A stretch of DNA of 31,932 nucleotides, taken from positions 1-31,932 of the forward strand of contig JAQGDQ010000381.1 in the NCBI GenBank assembly GCA_030141605.1. Reading direction: 5' to 3'. Below are positions 11,201 to 21,683 of the stretch, piece after piece. The notes beneath the pieces were generated by a model. The model saw nothing but the letters and a program-made list of their open reading frames with translations, did not search any database and had not been told where the DNA came from. Numbering within the stretch: the first letter of the stretch is position 1; each line of letters opens with the position of its first letter. The translations under genes and the position numbers were made by a program. Source of the DNA: Tubiluchus corallicola. Taxonomy: Eukaryota; Animalia; Priapulida.

Positions 11201-14200
11201 GAACATGGATTATCTCGGCTTAGAAATAACATAGAACGATGAGCTTGGTATCAAAATGATCCTCATGAAATACAGATTCAGTCGATTATTTAATTGATTT
11301 ACAGATCCTCATTGATTTAATTGTCAACTTATGGACGATTTTGCTATGCGAGCACACATTTAGATTTTAAAAAACAGAGTTGTTTGGGCCTTACAGTGAC
11401 AAACAAAGTCATCTTTTTTGCTTAGCATAACTGTTTATTGTTTGTGTACCATCTTCACGTCACATGCTGCTTAGTCAGTTACTTCATATCTGACACTGAG
11501 ACGCCATTACCCAAAATTATACATTTTATCTGAAACGAGATATATAAATTCCTTTAATAAACTAATTCATTTCTTACCAAAAGATCGATTACGATTAAGT
11601 GAAATTAATGAGAGACTTACAGTAAATAACTAAATAAAATTTACATACATCGTTGGCATTAAATCGTGAGTTACACAGAAACACGTCATCACTTGAACAC
11701 ATTGAAACTTGAATGACTGGAAATTGACTAGGATGCAAATATTGAAGCCAGATGTCCCCACTTGTAACTGTAAAATGCTATATTAAATTTAACAAACAAA
11801 AATCCTTGACAAGAGTAGAGGACAATCAGGGTAAAACCAAGGCACTTTAGTCAATAAAATGACCCTAGAAAAGACCATCCAGAGCTGACCATTGGCTATT
11901 CAAAGTGTGAAGCTTTAGTAATTACCATAAACTGTTGCTTTTGTTTTAGGGAGCACAGCAATGGTCTATGGCCAGTCATCTCAGCAGAAAACACACGGTA
12001 ATAACTGTCTCGCTCAGTCCGTAGTGAAACTCGTCGTCAAGGAACAGGCAAAAGACGGCTGCAACGTTCAGACCATTAAGCATTTATTTCACTTGCTTAG
12101 TAACATGAGTGCATCGGCAGAGTGCAGACGGATCATGCATAAGGTAAATTGAGTTTTGTTTGTGTTAAGCTACGAGTCATTCAATTGACTCTTTCAGGAT
12201 GCTGCATTTTTGCAGTGACATCGTTGTGCGCATGCGCATTTAGTGTAGGTCAAAGGTTAGGTGTACCACAGCAAAACATCTTGACTACAAACGTTACGCG
12301 ACACGTGTGTAAAGCAAAGCCATCTGCAGCATCAGTTCACTTATTTTACGTTTATTTACATATTGAAAAACTGCTCTTACTAAACTACGATTACATTGTG
12401 TTTGAAAATTTTTGTAGATTTCTACTCCTCATATAATGGATTTTCATGCAAAATTACTTATGAAATGCATTTGCTTATTTAAGAAAAATTGAAAATCGAC
12501 TTTTGATAAAAAAATTGAAAAAAGCTTTCAGTAACTGCAGTATTTGCAGTGTAATGTGTGTGGTTAGGGTAGTGTGGTGTAGTGTGGTCTGGGGTGTGTG
12601 TGGTTGGGTGACATGGTGTGGATATTGCGGTGCGCGTGGGTGGCATGGTGTGGTGTGATTGATATGGTTTGGATGGTGTGGTGGGTATAGCATGGCATGG
12701 GAGGGGTGGTATGGTACGGTATAGGTTTCTTTGGTTTGTGCGCAAAATCTTTTTGCGAGGCTTGGCTATTTTTCTAGAAAGAAGAATTTTTTGTCACCAC
12801 ACCACTGCGATTAAACACATGGCTTCACTTTCTTGTTTTAGTCTGGCTTCTTGCATGGCTTCGTTGACCTGAGCACGGCAACAAGAGGCAGGAAACTGAA
12901 GAAGATCATGGACAGTTTATGGCTTCAGTTCCTAGTTTGTTTCACATTCTCGGCTGATGGACAGCAGGCAGTGCTTAAAGTTACAGGTTTCCATCTAATG
13001 TCTTCTCCCATGTTAAGTTTAGTGTATCCAAGCACAAGAAAACCCTCCGTGTACTTGAACTTTTATACCACCTTTTGGCATGCAGGACTTGCGTCGGCAG
13101 TAACGCTGCATAAAACATGTAAATTTAAACTCCCGCGATGACTGTTAGGCGCAGCCATTTTGATGGTACATCGTTTGAAACAAGTTTTGATAACACTGTG
13201 TTAAGTTTGAAAAACTAATCAGAGCATTCATAGCATACATGTTACAACCAGTGCTAACTTATTGCAGATTCTTTAAATAAACTAGAATAGCTGTCTTTTG
13301 TTTGTCCATAAAAATATTTTTTAAGAAATAACAGTGTTCTACTATTTATTGCAAACCAAATTAGCATGTGCTAATTTGCATGTGTGCTAATTCATAGGAT
13401 TCATTAGCATGTGTACTAATTCATAGCATTCATCGGCATGTGCTAATTCGTAGCATTCATCGGCATGTGCTAATTCATAGCATTCATCGACATGTGTGCT
13501 AATTCTTAGCATTCATCAGCATGTGCTAATTCATAGCATTCATCAGCATGTGCTAATTCATAGCATTCATCAGCATGTGCTAATTCATAGCATTCATCAG
13601 CATGTGCTAATTCATAGCATTCATCAGCATGTGTGCTAATTCATAGCATTCATCAGCATGTGCTAATTCATAGCATTCATCAGCATGTGCTAATTCATAG
13701 CATTCATCAGCATGTGCTAATTCATAGCATTCATCAGCATGTGCTAATTCATAGCATTCATCAGCATGTGCTAATTCATAGCATTCATCCCATGTGCTAA
13801 TTCATAGCATTCATCAGCATGTGCTAATTCATAGCATTCATCAGCCATGTGCTAATTCATAGCATTCATCAGCCATGTGCTAATTCATAGCATTCATCAG
13901 CATGTGCTAATTCATAGCATTCATCCAGCATGTGCTAATTCATAGCATTCATCAGCATGTGCTAATTCATAGCATTCATCAGCATGTGCTAATTCATAGC
14001 ATTCATCAGCATGTGCTAATTCATAGCATTCATCAGCATGTGCTAATTCATAGCATTCATCAGCATGTGCTAATCATAGCATTCGTGTATTGTACATAGC
14101 ATTCATCACCATGTGCTAATTCATAGCATTCATCACCATGTGCTAATTCATAGCATTCATCAGCATGTGCTAATTCATAGCATTCATCAGCATGTGCTAA

Positions 14201-17200
14201 TTCATAGCATTCATCAGCATGTGCTAATTCATAGCATTCATCAGCATGTGCTAATTCATAGCATTCATCAGCATGTGCTAATTCATAGCATTCATCGACA
14301 TGTGTGCTAATTCGTAGCATTCATCACCATGTGCTAATTCATAGCATTCATCAGCATGTGCTAATTCATAGCATTCATCAGCATGTGCTAATTCATAGCA
14401 TTTATCAGCATGTGCTAATTCATAGCATTCATCACCATGTGCTAATTCATAGCATTCATCAGCATGTGCTAATTCATAGCATTCATCAGCATGTGCTAAT
14501 TCATAGCATTCATCACCATGTGCTAATTCATAGCATTCATCAGCATGTGCTAATTCATAGCATTCATCAGCATGTGCTAATTCATAGCATTCATCAGCAT
14601 GTGCTAATTCATAGCATTCATCAGCATGTGCTAATTCATAGCATTCATCACCATGTGCTAATTCTTAGCATTCATCACCATGTGCTAATTCATAGCATTC
14701 ATCAGCATGTGCTAATTCATAGCATTCATCAGCATGTGCTAATTCATAGCATTCATCAGCATGTGCTAATTCATAGCATTCATCGACATGTGTGCTAATT
14801 CGTAGCATTCATCACATGCGCTAATTCGTAGCATTCATCAGCATGTGCTAATTAGCTTTTTTCAACGGATTTTTTACCAAATGTTGAGAGCTTTAGGAGG
14901 CTTTAAGCTGCAGTCTATAGCGTAATCCATCCCTGGTGCTAATAGATATTTCATTGTTTAGGAATGCTAGAAATTTTGCTAGATTACGGATCATCCTGCA
15001 CTGATAGACAGCAAGACAATGTCTCAGTCATCATACGAAACTTGTGCTTTCATCCCGCGAACAAACAGAAAATGCTCAGCTGTGGTAAGAACTTTGCAAT
15101 GAGTAACTTTGCTTGAAACACGTCTTCTAGGATGGATATTAACTCCTTGAGGACCGCACCATTCAAAATAAATCTTATAAGAGCTATGATTTTTCTGCTA
15201 CTGTATGAGCACAGACATAACTAAATGATTACAAATTAGGCACTGTTCTATTCGGGAGAATTTCGACTATCCAATCATGTTATTTATTTAAGCATTTATA
15301 AGTGATTTAATTGGATAAAATTATGAAAAATGCCCCTTTCAGGTCGTCCAACTTAGCCTATTGAGTAGCTTAGTCTGGCGTACACTTGCGTGGTCATACT
15401 ATTTTATTGGTCACCTGCTTGGTACAGCCCAAGAGAATTGTCTGCTGTACAAATAACCAATCAGCCAAGGAGAAATTAAGGTCATTTCATCTTTTAACAG
15501 GAATTTCTCCTTAAAAATAGAGTAGACTTGAGATCAAAGTTTATCAGAGTGTTGTATCTGGATAGATGAAATTTTCTGCATTAGCTGATTTCACACAAGT
15601 GATACTGTACATTGTTACAGTGCAAACACTGCAGTTACTGAAAGATTTTTTCAATTTATTCGTCAAAAATTGATTTTTAATTTGTCTAAGGTAAGCAAAT
15701 GCATTACACATATAATTTTGTATGAATATCTGTTGTGTGGGGAGTAAAAACCTACAAAAATTATCCAATATAACGTAATTGCTGCTTAGTGAGTGCAGTT
15801 TTTCATGAACCCGTGCAAAATGCAGCAAAAGCTTACGGACCTGAAAGAGCAGTCTGCGTAGAACAGAAATTGTTACATTTGGTTTGTTGTTGCAGAAAAT
15901 GTTGTGAAGTTTCTTCTAGAGCTGCTAGAATCTCCGCACGTTCAACGGCAGCACGCTGGCATCTGCGCTTTATGGGCTCTTTCTTCTAATAACCAAAAGG
16001 TGAAATCTTTGAATGTTTTAGCATATCCGTTGATACACATCGTGTAGGTGGCGGCATATCTAAGAACATCATTAGCGGCAGCTCCACGCTGGGTAGTTGA
16101 AATATCGGTGGGGGTGCAATGAATTCCTGCGCTGCAATGTTGTAGAGGATCTCGAAGATGTCAGCATGTGAAGAGTAGCCATATTGCTGTTTGCCCGGAG
16201 GCGATTTTAAATAACTATGGAAGTTTTTGCTGAATCAGAGTGGTTTATTTAGGATATTGCATCAAAGATCAGAATGAATGAACAAAATGATTACGTATAA
16301 TGCACCTTTAGCATAATTTATTATCCTAATTTAAGAAATGTTCCTTTAATTACAAGAGTAAAACTGCAAATAAAATATCGTTCTAAATATTAAGTATCTG
16401 CTAGACACCACATTAAGTTCTTATCACCGAATGTGTCAAAAATCGTCTTCCTTCAAACAGCAATACGAGTACTCTTCGCATGCTGAAATCTTCAAGATCC
16501 TCCATGTTGCTGTCAAACAAATTCAATCCAGCATGCATAAACACCATGAGAATTTATTGATTAGTTTTCCGATTGTTTTACACCCGCACTGACCGGCACC
16601 CGGTAACGCGCACATTTGCTGTGTGGACAATGTTTCAGCGTATCCAAGATAAACAAACCAATGCAGTGGGTTGTGCCAAAATTGTTACCCTAAAATATAC
16701 CGAAATCGGCGATATATCGAATTAAAAATAGCCAGTTTTGCGTTTGTTATGTGCCTGCAGGGCGGCGCCACTGATGCTTTCGTGGTAGCAAAATTTCATT
16801 GCTGTTTATCAGCACCGGTAGTACATGTGTAGCATTTGAATGGTTTCATTTATAGGTACGGAGAACGACCTATAGGTAATTACAGTAAACTACATGTAAG
16901 TCAAACACCTCGCGACTGGAAAATTTGTTTGAGTTATGCGAAAGTTCGAGTTTGACAATGTCCATAAAAAAACTCATGGTTTGAGTCACTCATCAACATC
17001 GAACAATATACTACAGCCTGTGGAAATGACAAACTGAGCCTTTAATCAAATATCAAACAACATTTTTTTTATGAATAATGAAAAATAAAATGACTGGTCC
17101 ACCTCTATTGTAGTCTGAGTAGCATAGTTAATAGAATTCAGTAATAATAATATTGTGATCTACGTTAAACCACATTTGGTAAGTCATGTTGTGTGGTAAG

Positions 17201-18299
17201 GTAATACAAGAAATCTTAGTATTTTTGCCAAAATTAACAGTTAAAATCGTAATGTGATGCACCCTTTTGTGTGGGATTTCTTGCTTGGGCATTTGTTCCA
17301 GACAGGCGAGGTCAGGGGCGGAACTAGGGGGGAGCGAGGGGGGCGCCCGCCCCCCTGCAAAATCGGACAAATAATTTTTTTGCACTGAAAATTGCAGTTC
17401 GCATGTAATCATTTTCAATGAATTAGAATTAGGTAAAAAAATGTTTGGTAGCTTCAGTGTATATTTTCTTAAAACTTTCTGTAAATAACAATTTAGTTAG
17501 AGGCACATTAATAACGTTAGGTTAACTGAGAGTTAATTTTCTCATTATTGCTCTGTCCGCTACGCCGTCCTACACACATGCTAATTATAGGCCTGCATGC
17601 AGTATAAAAGGGGTTAAAAATGGGCTTAACCATTATTTAACCACTTCGGATACCTCGCCTCCCCAGAAAATTTTTGCGCCCCCCCTGCTTGCCACATCTA
17701 GTTCCGGCCCTGGGCGAGGTAATTTCATTTAGATTCTTATGAATTGCACCAGTTATGCGATAATTCGTGTTACAGATTTTGAGTTACACGATGTTTGGTA
17801 AAGAGGAAAATGAAAGGGGAAATCCATTCCACGAGATCTGTTCGAGATACTCAAGAATTCGAATTATAACAGTTTGAATTATACGTAGTTTACTGTAGTA
17901 TGAAGTAAAAATTATGAAAGCATGTCATAGCAAAGTGTTTTTACAAACTGCAGGTCAGAATTCACTACTCAGTGGCAGGCATTTTTCTCAGCCACTCAAC
18001 TTTCCCACTCATTTACTAACTAGACCCAGTACTGCTTAACTTTGCAGCCAAGTACACTTTTCAACCAAGTCAGCTATTTCTTCCATCCCATCTACAAGAA
18101 CAACTACAATACTAGCCGATGTTCTATATAATCACGAAAAAGCTTTGATGTTTTTTGTTTTCTGCAACAGGGCAAGACTATTCTGAAAGGAGCAGCTTTG
18201 TGCAAGGTGCAGAAACTGATAAATAAAATAGCACCGTGTGAGAAACATGAGAGTTTGTTGAACGATGCAAAAAGCCTCGTAGAAGCGTTATCCGAGTAA
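2012..18299 (+). CDS. RTTN: Rotatin (centriole/basal-body ARM-like protein), C-terminal ~559 aa in 11 exons; 5' part lies upstream of the window
   Basis: Eleven GT-AG exons with compatible phases join into one open frame (1681 nt). Peptides such as LFAVSVSAKQSALEGNL, ITHTLWPWAL, LLSNMSASAECRRIMHK, SADGQQAVLK, NLCFHPANKQKML and ALWALSSNNQK are colinear with the vertebrate rotatin C-terminus as I recall it (LLAVSRRAQKHALKANL, VLHSLWPWIL, LLSNLALSHDCKGVIQK, GEDGQQMILR, NVCFSPANKPKIL, ALWALIYNYQK). Confidence 0.93.
2257..3575. repeat. Minisatellite, 30-bp unit, ~44 copies
   Basis: Unit cttacctgttagatacatt(t/g)agtaacattt; more diverged towards the 3' end. Confidence 0.97.
3578..3870 (+). repeat. 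Interspersed repeat (family D, copy 1)
   Basis: Colinear with 11040-11370: tagcaaccaacatttg.gc.gttgctaagtgttt, aaaaaacaatggct, tggattatct, ttggtatcaaa.tgatcc. Confidence 0.8.
4022..4156 (+). CDS. RTTN: RTTN exon b (GIETVSCHRLWVEVFEFF...VNWDCIM)
   Basis: aatttcag|gc acceptor, atgg|gtgagt donor, 135 nt, phase 1-1. Lies inside ORF 4006..4314. Confidence 0.82.
4811..5093 (+). repeat. Four tandem copies (64-86 bp spacing) of the exon c acceptor and first ~30 exon nt
   Basis: caaaacttgttttttattgcag|ctgtgctgtgctg(ttg)tcttagttcaac recurs with AG ending at 4842, 4913, 4977 and 5063. Confidence 0.93.
5064..5222 (+). CDS. RTTN: RTTN exon c (AVLCCCLSSTDSSLSLPTLTFLMTLF...SVRSLLDKPTVT)
   Basis: tttattgcag|ct acceptor (4th of four copies), acag|gtactt donor, 159 nt, phase 1-1, open frame. 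Confidence 0.82.
5474..6498 (+). mobile_element. Non-autonomous hAT-like element (family A, copy 1)
   Basis: CAGTG...CACTG termini, perfect 8-bp TSD CCAGTACT (5466-5473 and 6499-6506), homologous in inverted orientation to 19516-19987. Confidence 0.8.
6500..7826. repeat. Minisatellite, 53-bp unit, ~25 copies, with a 159-bp higher-order trimer
   Basis: Unit cagtactcacacttttt(gaagc/aaagc/caaac)attttagtttcatcagtaactgtaaattca(t/c). The variant gaagcaattt recurs every 159 bp. Confidence 0.97.
7968..8153 (+). CDS. RTTN: RTTN exon d (VHEDTSLSEE...LFAVSVSAKQSALE)
   Basis: cccgtctag|tt acceptor, gaag|gtacat donor, 186 nt, phase 1-1. Inside ORF 7910..8161. Confidence 0.88.
8374..9095 (+). mobile_element. 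TTAA-flanked (piggyBac-like) MITE (family C, copy 1)
   Basis: TTAA|CTCGTCCAGGACCG ... CAGTCCTGAATGAG|TTAT imperfect TIRs. Full-length inverted homologue at 15143-15849. Confidence 0.72.
9322..9491 (+). CDS. RTTN: RTTN exon e (GNLMKEILHRVNELHSQL...FMYQSEQVK)
   Basis: gttttag|gc acceptor, aag|gtaaat donor, 170 nt, phase 1-0. Confidence 0.9.
9473..9619 (+). repeat. Three tandem 49-bp copies spanning the exon e donor
   Basis: cagagtgaacaagttaag|gtaaatgaaaaatcaataattttaagcttg repeated; GT at 9492, 9541 and 9590. Confidence 0.93.
10132..10630 (+). mobile_element. pogo/Tigger-like non-autonomous element, right end not found
   Basis: TA|CAGTGTTCCCTCG followed by repeated (t/a)tcgcgg motifs, typical of Tigger-type MITE left ends. 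Right boundary approximate. Confidence 0.6.
10666..10792 (+). CDS. RTTN: RTTN exon f (VAALECQLTSITHTLWPWALVEK...FTAKHVD)
   Basis: attacag|gtt acceptor, acg|gtaagt donor, 127 nt, phase 0-1, LWPW motif. Confidence 0.92.
11040..11372 (+). repeat. Interspersed repeat (family D, copy 2)
   Basis: Same-orientation homologue of 3578-3870 with an extra ~50-bp insert; may extend further left. Confidence 0.78.
11950..12143 (+). CDS. RTTN: RTTN exon g (GSTAMVYGQ...LLSNMSASAECRRIMHK)
   Basis: ttgttttag|gg acceptor, aag|gtaaat donor, 194 nt, phase 1-0. Confidence 0.9.
12189..12555 (+). mobile_element. Family C MITE, truncated copy 3
   Basis: Starts ctctttcagga.gctgcatttt; 12365-12550 matches 8420-8600 (tttctactcctca, aaatgcatttgctta, aaaaagctttcagtaactgcag). 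Confidence 0.7.
12556..12740. repeat. G/T-rich low-complexity tract (gtgtg/ggtgt-like)
   Basis: Degenerate gtgtg/tgg repeats upstream of exon h. Confidence 0.8.
12842..12986 (+). CDS. RTTN: RTTN exon h (SGFLHGFVDL...LWLQFLVCFTFSADGQQAVLKVT)
   Basis: ttgttttag|tct acceptor, acag|gtttcc donor, 145 nt, phase 0-1. Confidence 0.88.
13362..14853. repeat. Minisatellite, 27-bp unit, ~55 copies
   Basis: Unit catgtgctaattcatagcattcatcag. Confidence 0.97.
14962..15084 (+). CDS. RTTN: RTTN exon i (GMLEILLDY...IIRNLCFHPANKQKMLSC)
   Basis: ttgtttag|ga acceptor, gtg|gtaaga donor, 123 nt, phase 1-1. Confidence 0.92.
15143..15849 (-). mobile_element. Family C MITE, copy 2 (inverted), fills most of RTTN intron i-j
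   Basis: TTAA|CTCCTTGAGGACCG ... CGGACCTGAAAGAG. Reverse complement shares tgtaacaatgtacagtatc, aaatcagctaatgcagaaaatttca and caagtctactctatttttaa with copy 1. Confidence 0.78.
15896..15999 (+). CDS. RTTN: RTTN exon j (ENVVKFLLELLES...ICALWALSSNNQK)
   Basis: gttgcag|aa acceptor, aag|gtgaaa donor, 104 nt, phase 1-0. Confidence 0.9.
16883..17895 (+). mobile_element. Tc1/mariner-like MITE (family B, copy 1)
   Basis: TA|CAGTAAACTAC...GTAGTTTACTG|TA. Internal sequence near-identical to 26876-27020. Confidence 0.85.
17313..17712. mobile_element. hAT-like MITE (400 bp) nested in a Tc1/mariner-like MITE
   Basis: TIRs CAGGGGCGGAACTAG / CTAGTTCCGGCCCTG, perfect 8-bp TSD GGCGAGGT (17305-17312, 17713-17720). 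Confidence 0.92.
18003..18042 (-). pseudogene. Degenerate 5S rRNA-like fragment (possible SINE3 relic)
   Basis: tcccactcatttactaactagacccagtactgcttaactt resembles the reverse complement of the 5S internal control region (tcccatccaagtactaaccaggcccgaccctgcttagctt), roughly 70% by eye. Confidence 0.35.
18171..18299 (+). CDS. RTTN: RTTN terminal coding exon (GKTILKGAAL...SLVEALSE*)
   Basis: Long T tract then caacag|ggc acceptor, phase 0, TAA at 18297-18299. GKTILK resembles vertebrate AKTALK. Confidence 0.85.
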   Translation, partial: GKTILKGAALCKVQKLINKIAPCEKHESLLNDAKSLVEALSE

Positions 18300-18499
18300 A
18301 AGCTGGCTTTTAAATAAGTCATTTTTCATACCTGCCTGTTAAATGGTTTAAATGACGATAAATTATAACTTTTTTACTTTTGAATTGCAATATTCAATTT
18401 TTGTTTGTCAGTACTATATGTGTATGATAGTAATCTGTAGTTCTACTTGTATACAATGTTCTTTTTGTACTTGCCGATGTATGTAATGCATATTTGTGC

Positions 18500-18505
18500 A
18501 ATAAA
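18500..18505 (+). terminator. Candidate RTTN polyadenylation signal AATAAA
   Basis: AATAAA about 200 nt after the stop, preceded by several TGTA motifs. Not verifiable without transcripts. Confidence 0.4.
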
Positions 18506-19224
18506 TCTAATTGAATTGACAGAAATTTTACTCGTAAGTGTGAACTTGCTTTGCGAGTTGCTGTCGACAAAAATTGCAAATCTCTGACACTAACTGAGCA
18601 TGCGTGTTGAGTTAATTTGGCGGGAAATTCGCTAGTCTGAAAGTGCCGTTGATGCTTCGTGAGAGATTCTTTATATGCCATTATCTAAATTCATAGTAAT
18701 TACGTAGATCAAATAATCAAAAAAATCAATTATTTGTTTGTAGCTTTGTATAGATCACTTGTATAATACAATGGAGTTCAATAATTTTCATTAAGTAGTT
18801 TTCAGCTTTTAACTGTTTATAAGTGCACCTATTGTTCAATTAACATGCATATATGCTATGCTACTATGTAATTATGTAAATATTGTATGTCTGTAACTAA
18901 TGTAAATGTTTGCTTTTTACGATTTTTAAATAGTGAATTGAGTGATGAGACCTGGGTAATGATGTTGTTGAACTGTTATGTGAAAAGAAAGCAAATTTTG
19001 TTGGGAACTTCTGCAGTGCTTCATAATAGCAATGGTTGTGCCTACGTTTCAGGGATATGTCTGTACCTATGCAGTGTTGGGTATATGATTATTTTTAGTC
19101 ATGTTAGTTTTTATAGTAATGAGTAATGTAGCGCAACAATTCCGCTTAATCTTGTAATTAGATTACTGGTTACTATGAGGTAATTACCACCCTTCTCAAT
19201 TTTCATAGTAGTATTATTCACAAG

Positions 19225-19286
19225 TAAATGTTGTATGTTGTTATTGTGTAAAAGAAACGAATAAATTGAATTGAATTGAATTGAAT
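19225..19286 (+). mobile_element. Possible LINE (L2/CR1-type) 3' tail
   Basis: AATAAA followed directly by (TTGAA)4. No RT ORF seen. Confidence 0.4.
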
Positions 19287-19515
19287 ATGGCAGTAATGCT
19301 ACTAAATCGCTGTTACTTATCTATCCAAGGACAACTGTTTTAACTTAGCCTGTTTTGGTCGTTTAACCGCCTTCCTTTTGTTTATTTTTGCCTTGTATGC
19401 ACAGAAGTTAATTACTTTGCTCAAATAATGACTTCGTTTGATGTTCGACAGTATGATGCGAATTTCTACAGTATGATTGTTTCATACAGTCATTACTCGG
19501 TCACGTGCTTATACT

Positions 19516-19987
19516 CAGTGGCAGCTTGTGTGGAGGTACTTTGGAACTACAGCACCCCCTATTTTCACTCAATGTTATCGATAATATTCAATATAATGAG
19601 TCTTTTTTCTTTAGTTCTTTCTTTATACTCGTGCAGAATTAGAGCACATGAGGGTAGTACTGTTTGCTTCACAGCTCAGCACAGTGCACTCCAGCAATGC
19701 AGTTTTCGGCTGTTGTGCACATGCGGCCTGTGCACGTCTGAACCCAGGTAGAGAAAGTACTGCCGTTCACACAGTTTGTTGACAGTTGTCACATGAATAG
19801 ATCAAGCTTGAACTGCGACAAATTAGGCTATTAGTAAGCAAAAAATATTTTTGTTTGTTTCTTTAAAATTACAATTAGAAATTACAACATTAAAATTACA
19901 TTTTTGTTTCATTTTACACCATATTAAAACAATGGTTAAAAAATTCTGAAACGGTACCCCACTAATTATAGCTAAGACGCGCCACTG
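19516..19987 (-). mobile_element. Non-autonomous hAT-like element (family A, copy 2, shorter)
   Basis: Termini CAGTGGCAG...CGCGCCACTG, TSD CTTATACT/TTTATACT (7/8). Shares cagtactttctctacc, aaacagtactaccctca and ttgaatattatcgataa blocks with copy 1. Confidence 0.8.
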
Positions 19988-20169
19988 TTTATACTATAGG
20001 ACAGTGTTGGTGAACGTTGTGAACCTTATTGTGTTTGTTTGTTTGCTTGCAGTGATTACGTGTGCAGCAAGGGCTTTTGTCAACTGACAGTTCAGCCAAT
20101 GCTCTGCATTTGTGTATGCTGAAATATACAATTTCTTTCACTACACCTGTGACTGGGAGACTATAGCAA

Positions 20170-20723
20170 CTGTAGCGGATAGCCCTATAGGCTGAAGCCT
20201 AAGGCCCGGGATCAAAAGGGGCCCTGCAAAATAAAACGAAAAAAAAATTTTTTTGTAAAAAAAAAATAAATTGACAAAAGAGCAAGGGGCCCGCCAAAAT
20301 AAAATATAGAAAAAAGTTTTTTTTCAAAAGTCAGTCACTATATTTCAAATCGGGTTTACACAAATCAAATTTACACAATTTAAGTTTACACAAATCAAGT
20401 TTACACAATTTAAGTTTACACAGTTTAAGTATAAGTATAAGAAATTAGTAAGAAACTAAAGTTACTTTCAGAGTTTCTGATTGGCTTATTTTAGTTGACA
20501 TCTAACCCAGAAACTCACCAAGCTGTAATCGTGTTTATATAGTCCTAGTCCACAACTCAAGGATCAAGAAGATATCATTTTTATCACAATCGGTGGGCAA
20601 AATTAAACAAACGTACAAACGACAAGAGCTCCACAACAACACGTCAGCTCAGCAGTGTAGCAACATTTAAAAGGCCCGTTCCAAGCTCAAGCCTAAGGCC
20701 CATAAAATCATAATCCGCCGCTG
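20170..20723. mobile_element. hAT-like MITE with internal 15-bp repeats
   Basis: 8-bp TSD TATAGCAA on both sides, degenerate TIRs CTGTAGCGGAT / ATCCGCCGCTG, subterminal aagcctaaggccc at both ends, tttacacaa.t.aag repeats at ~20356-20430. Confidence 0.78.
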
Positions 20724-21484
20724 TATAGCAAAGCTTTCTCCACCTGTGAACTTTCTTAACTTGTTGGTAAAAATGCTGCAGTGAATTTTGTTAGAAAATT
20801 GAAATGCGAACTAACCTAATGACAGATTTAGAGATATCACAGATGCAATGATCTGATTTCACAAAATATTTTTGCTAAAGCATCACTCAAACTAGCAAAT
20901 AAAAGTAATCAGTAATTAGTAAAAGATTACCCTTGCTAAAAATAATCAGTAATGAGTAATTTGATTACAATTCTTCAAAAGTAACGAACCAAACTCTGTA
21001 GGTATGTTATTACTAACGATATCACAAATGAGTTAATGTGCAGTCTTGAACAAACAGTGAGATACTGTTTTTGCTAAGTTTGTTTTATTGCATAACGAGT
21101 TGTGTACTTAGAAATGTAAGTTTTTTATACTACGTGCATACATTTTTAATGTGAAGCAATAAATACATAACGTGTTTATATAAAATGATTGTAACTCTTC
21201 GTCGACTCATATGTGTTCACATACAGAAGTGATAGAAATAAGGAAACTGGAGAATACCAGAAATGTTATGGTAGTTTTCTCTTGTTTTGTTTTTTGCTGA
21301 CAGTGTGTTAAGAACCGAAAAAAAACGTTCCTTTTAAGGTATTTTTTACTTTTATTTATTTACTCTGTACAGTATTTTTATGAAAACATGTTTTAGCTTT
21401 GGGCATTAGTAGGTTTACAGATGGGAGAATTCTAAATCACAATTCCCAATGTCCCTTACGGTCGCATTAGCTCATTTTTTAAGT

Positions 21485-21683
21485 TAGCTGACACTAGGTG
21501 GCGCAGCGGTATTAGCAGTGCGAAAAGCCGATTAATTACCATCAAAATGTCAAACGTAAACAACTAGGAAAGTGATTGGGCTTTTAGTGAAACGTAGTTT
21601 TGTGAAAGAATATGTTTCTAACACTGCGATATTGAGCTATAGTTGTTTTAAAGGCAGGCCGGTTCTTTAGAATGTCAGATGTG
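21485..21683 (+). promoter_or_regulatory. Probable promoter and 5'UTR first exon of the SPATA2-like gene
   Basis: Locally CpG-richer patch with a CTCF-like motif (21491-21504) and a forkhead-like GTAAACAA, ending at a strong donor gtg|gtgagt (21684). The start coordinate is approximate. Confidence 0.45.

Noticed and set aside
12560-12712. G-quadruplex in the G/T-rich tract
   Set aside because: G3 runs are mostly separated by long loops; better explained as degenerate simple repeat.
14060-14798. His-rich (HVLIHSIHQ)n and (HADECYELA)n ORFs
   Set aside because: Frames of the 27-bp array, disrupted by indels, inside an RTTN intron.
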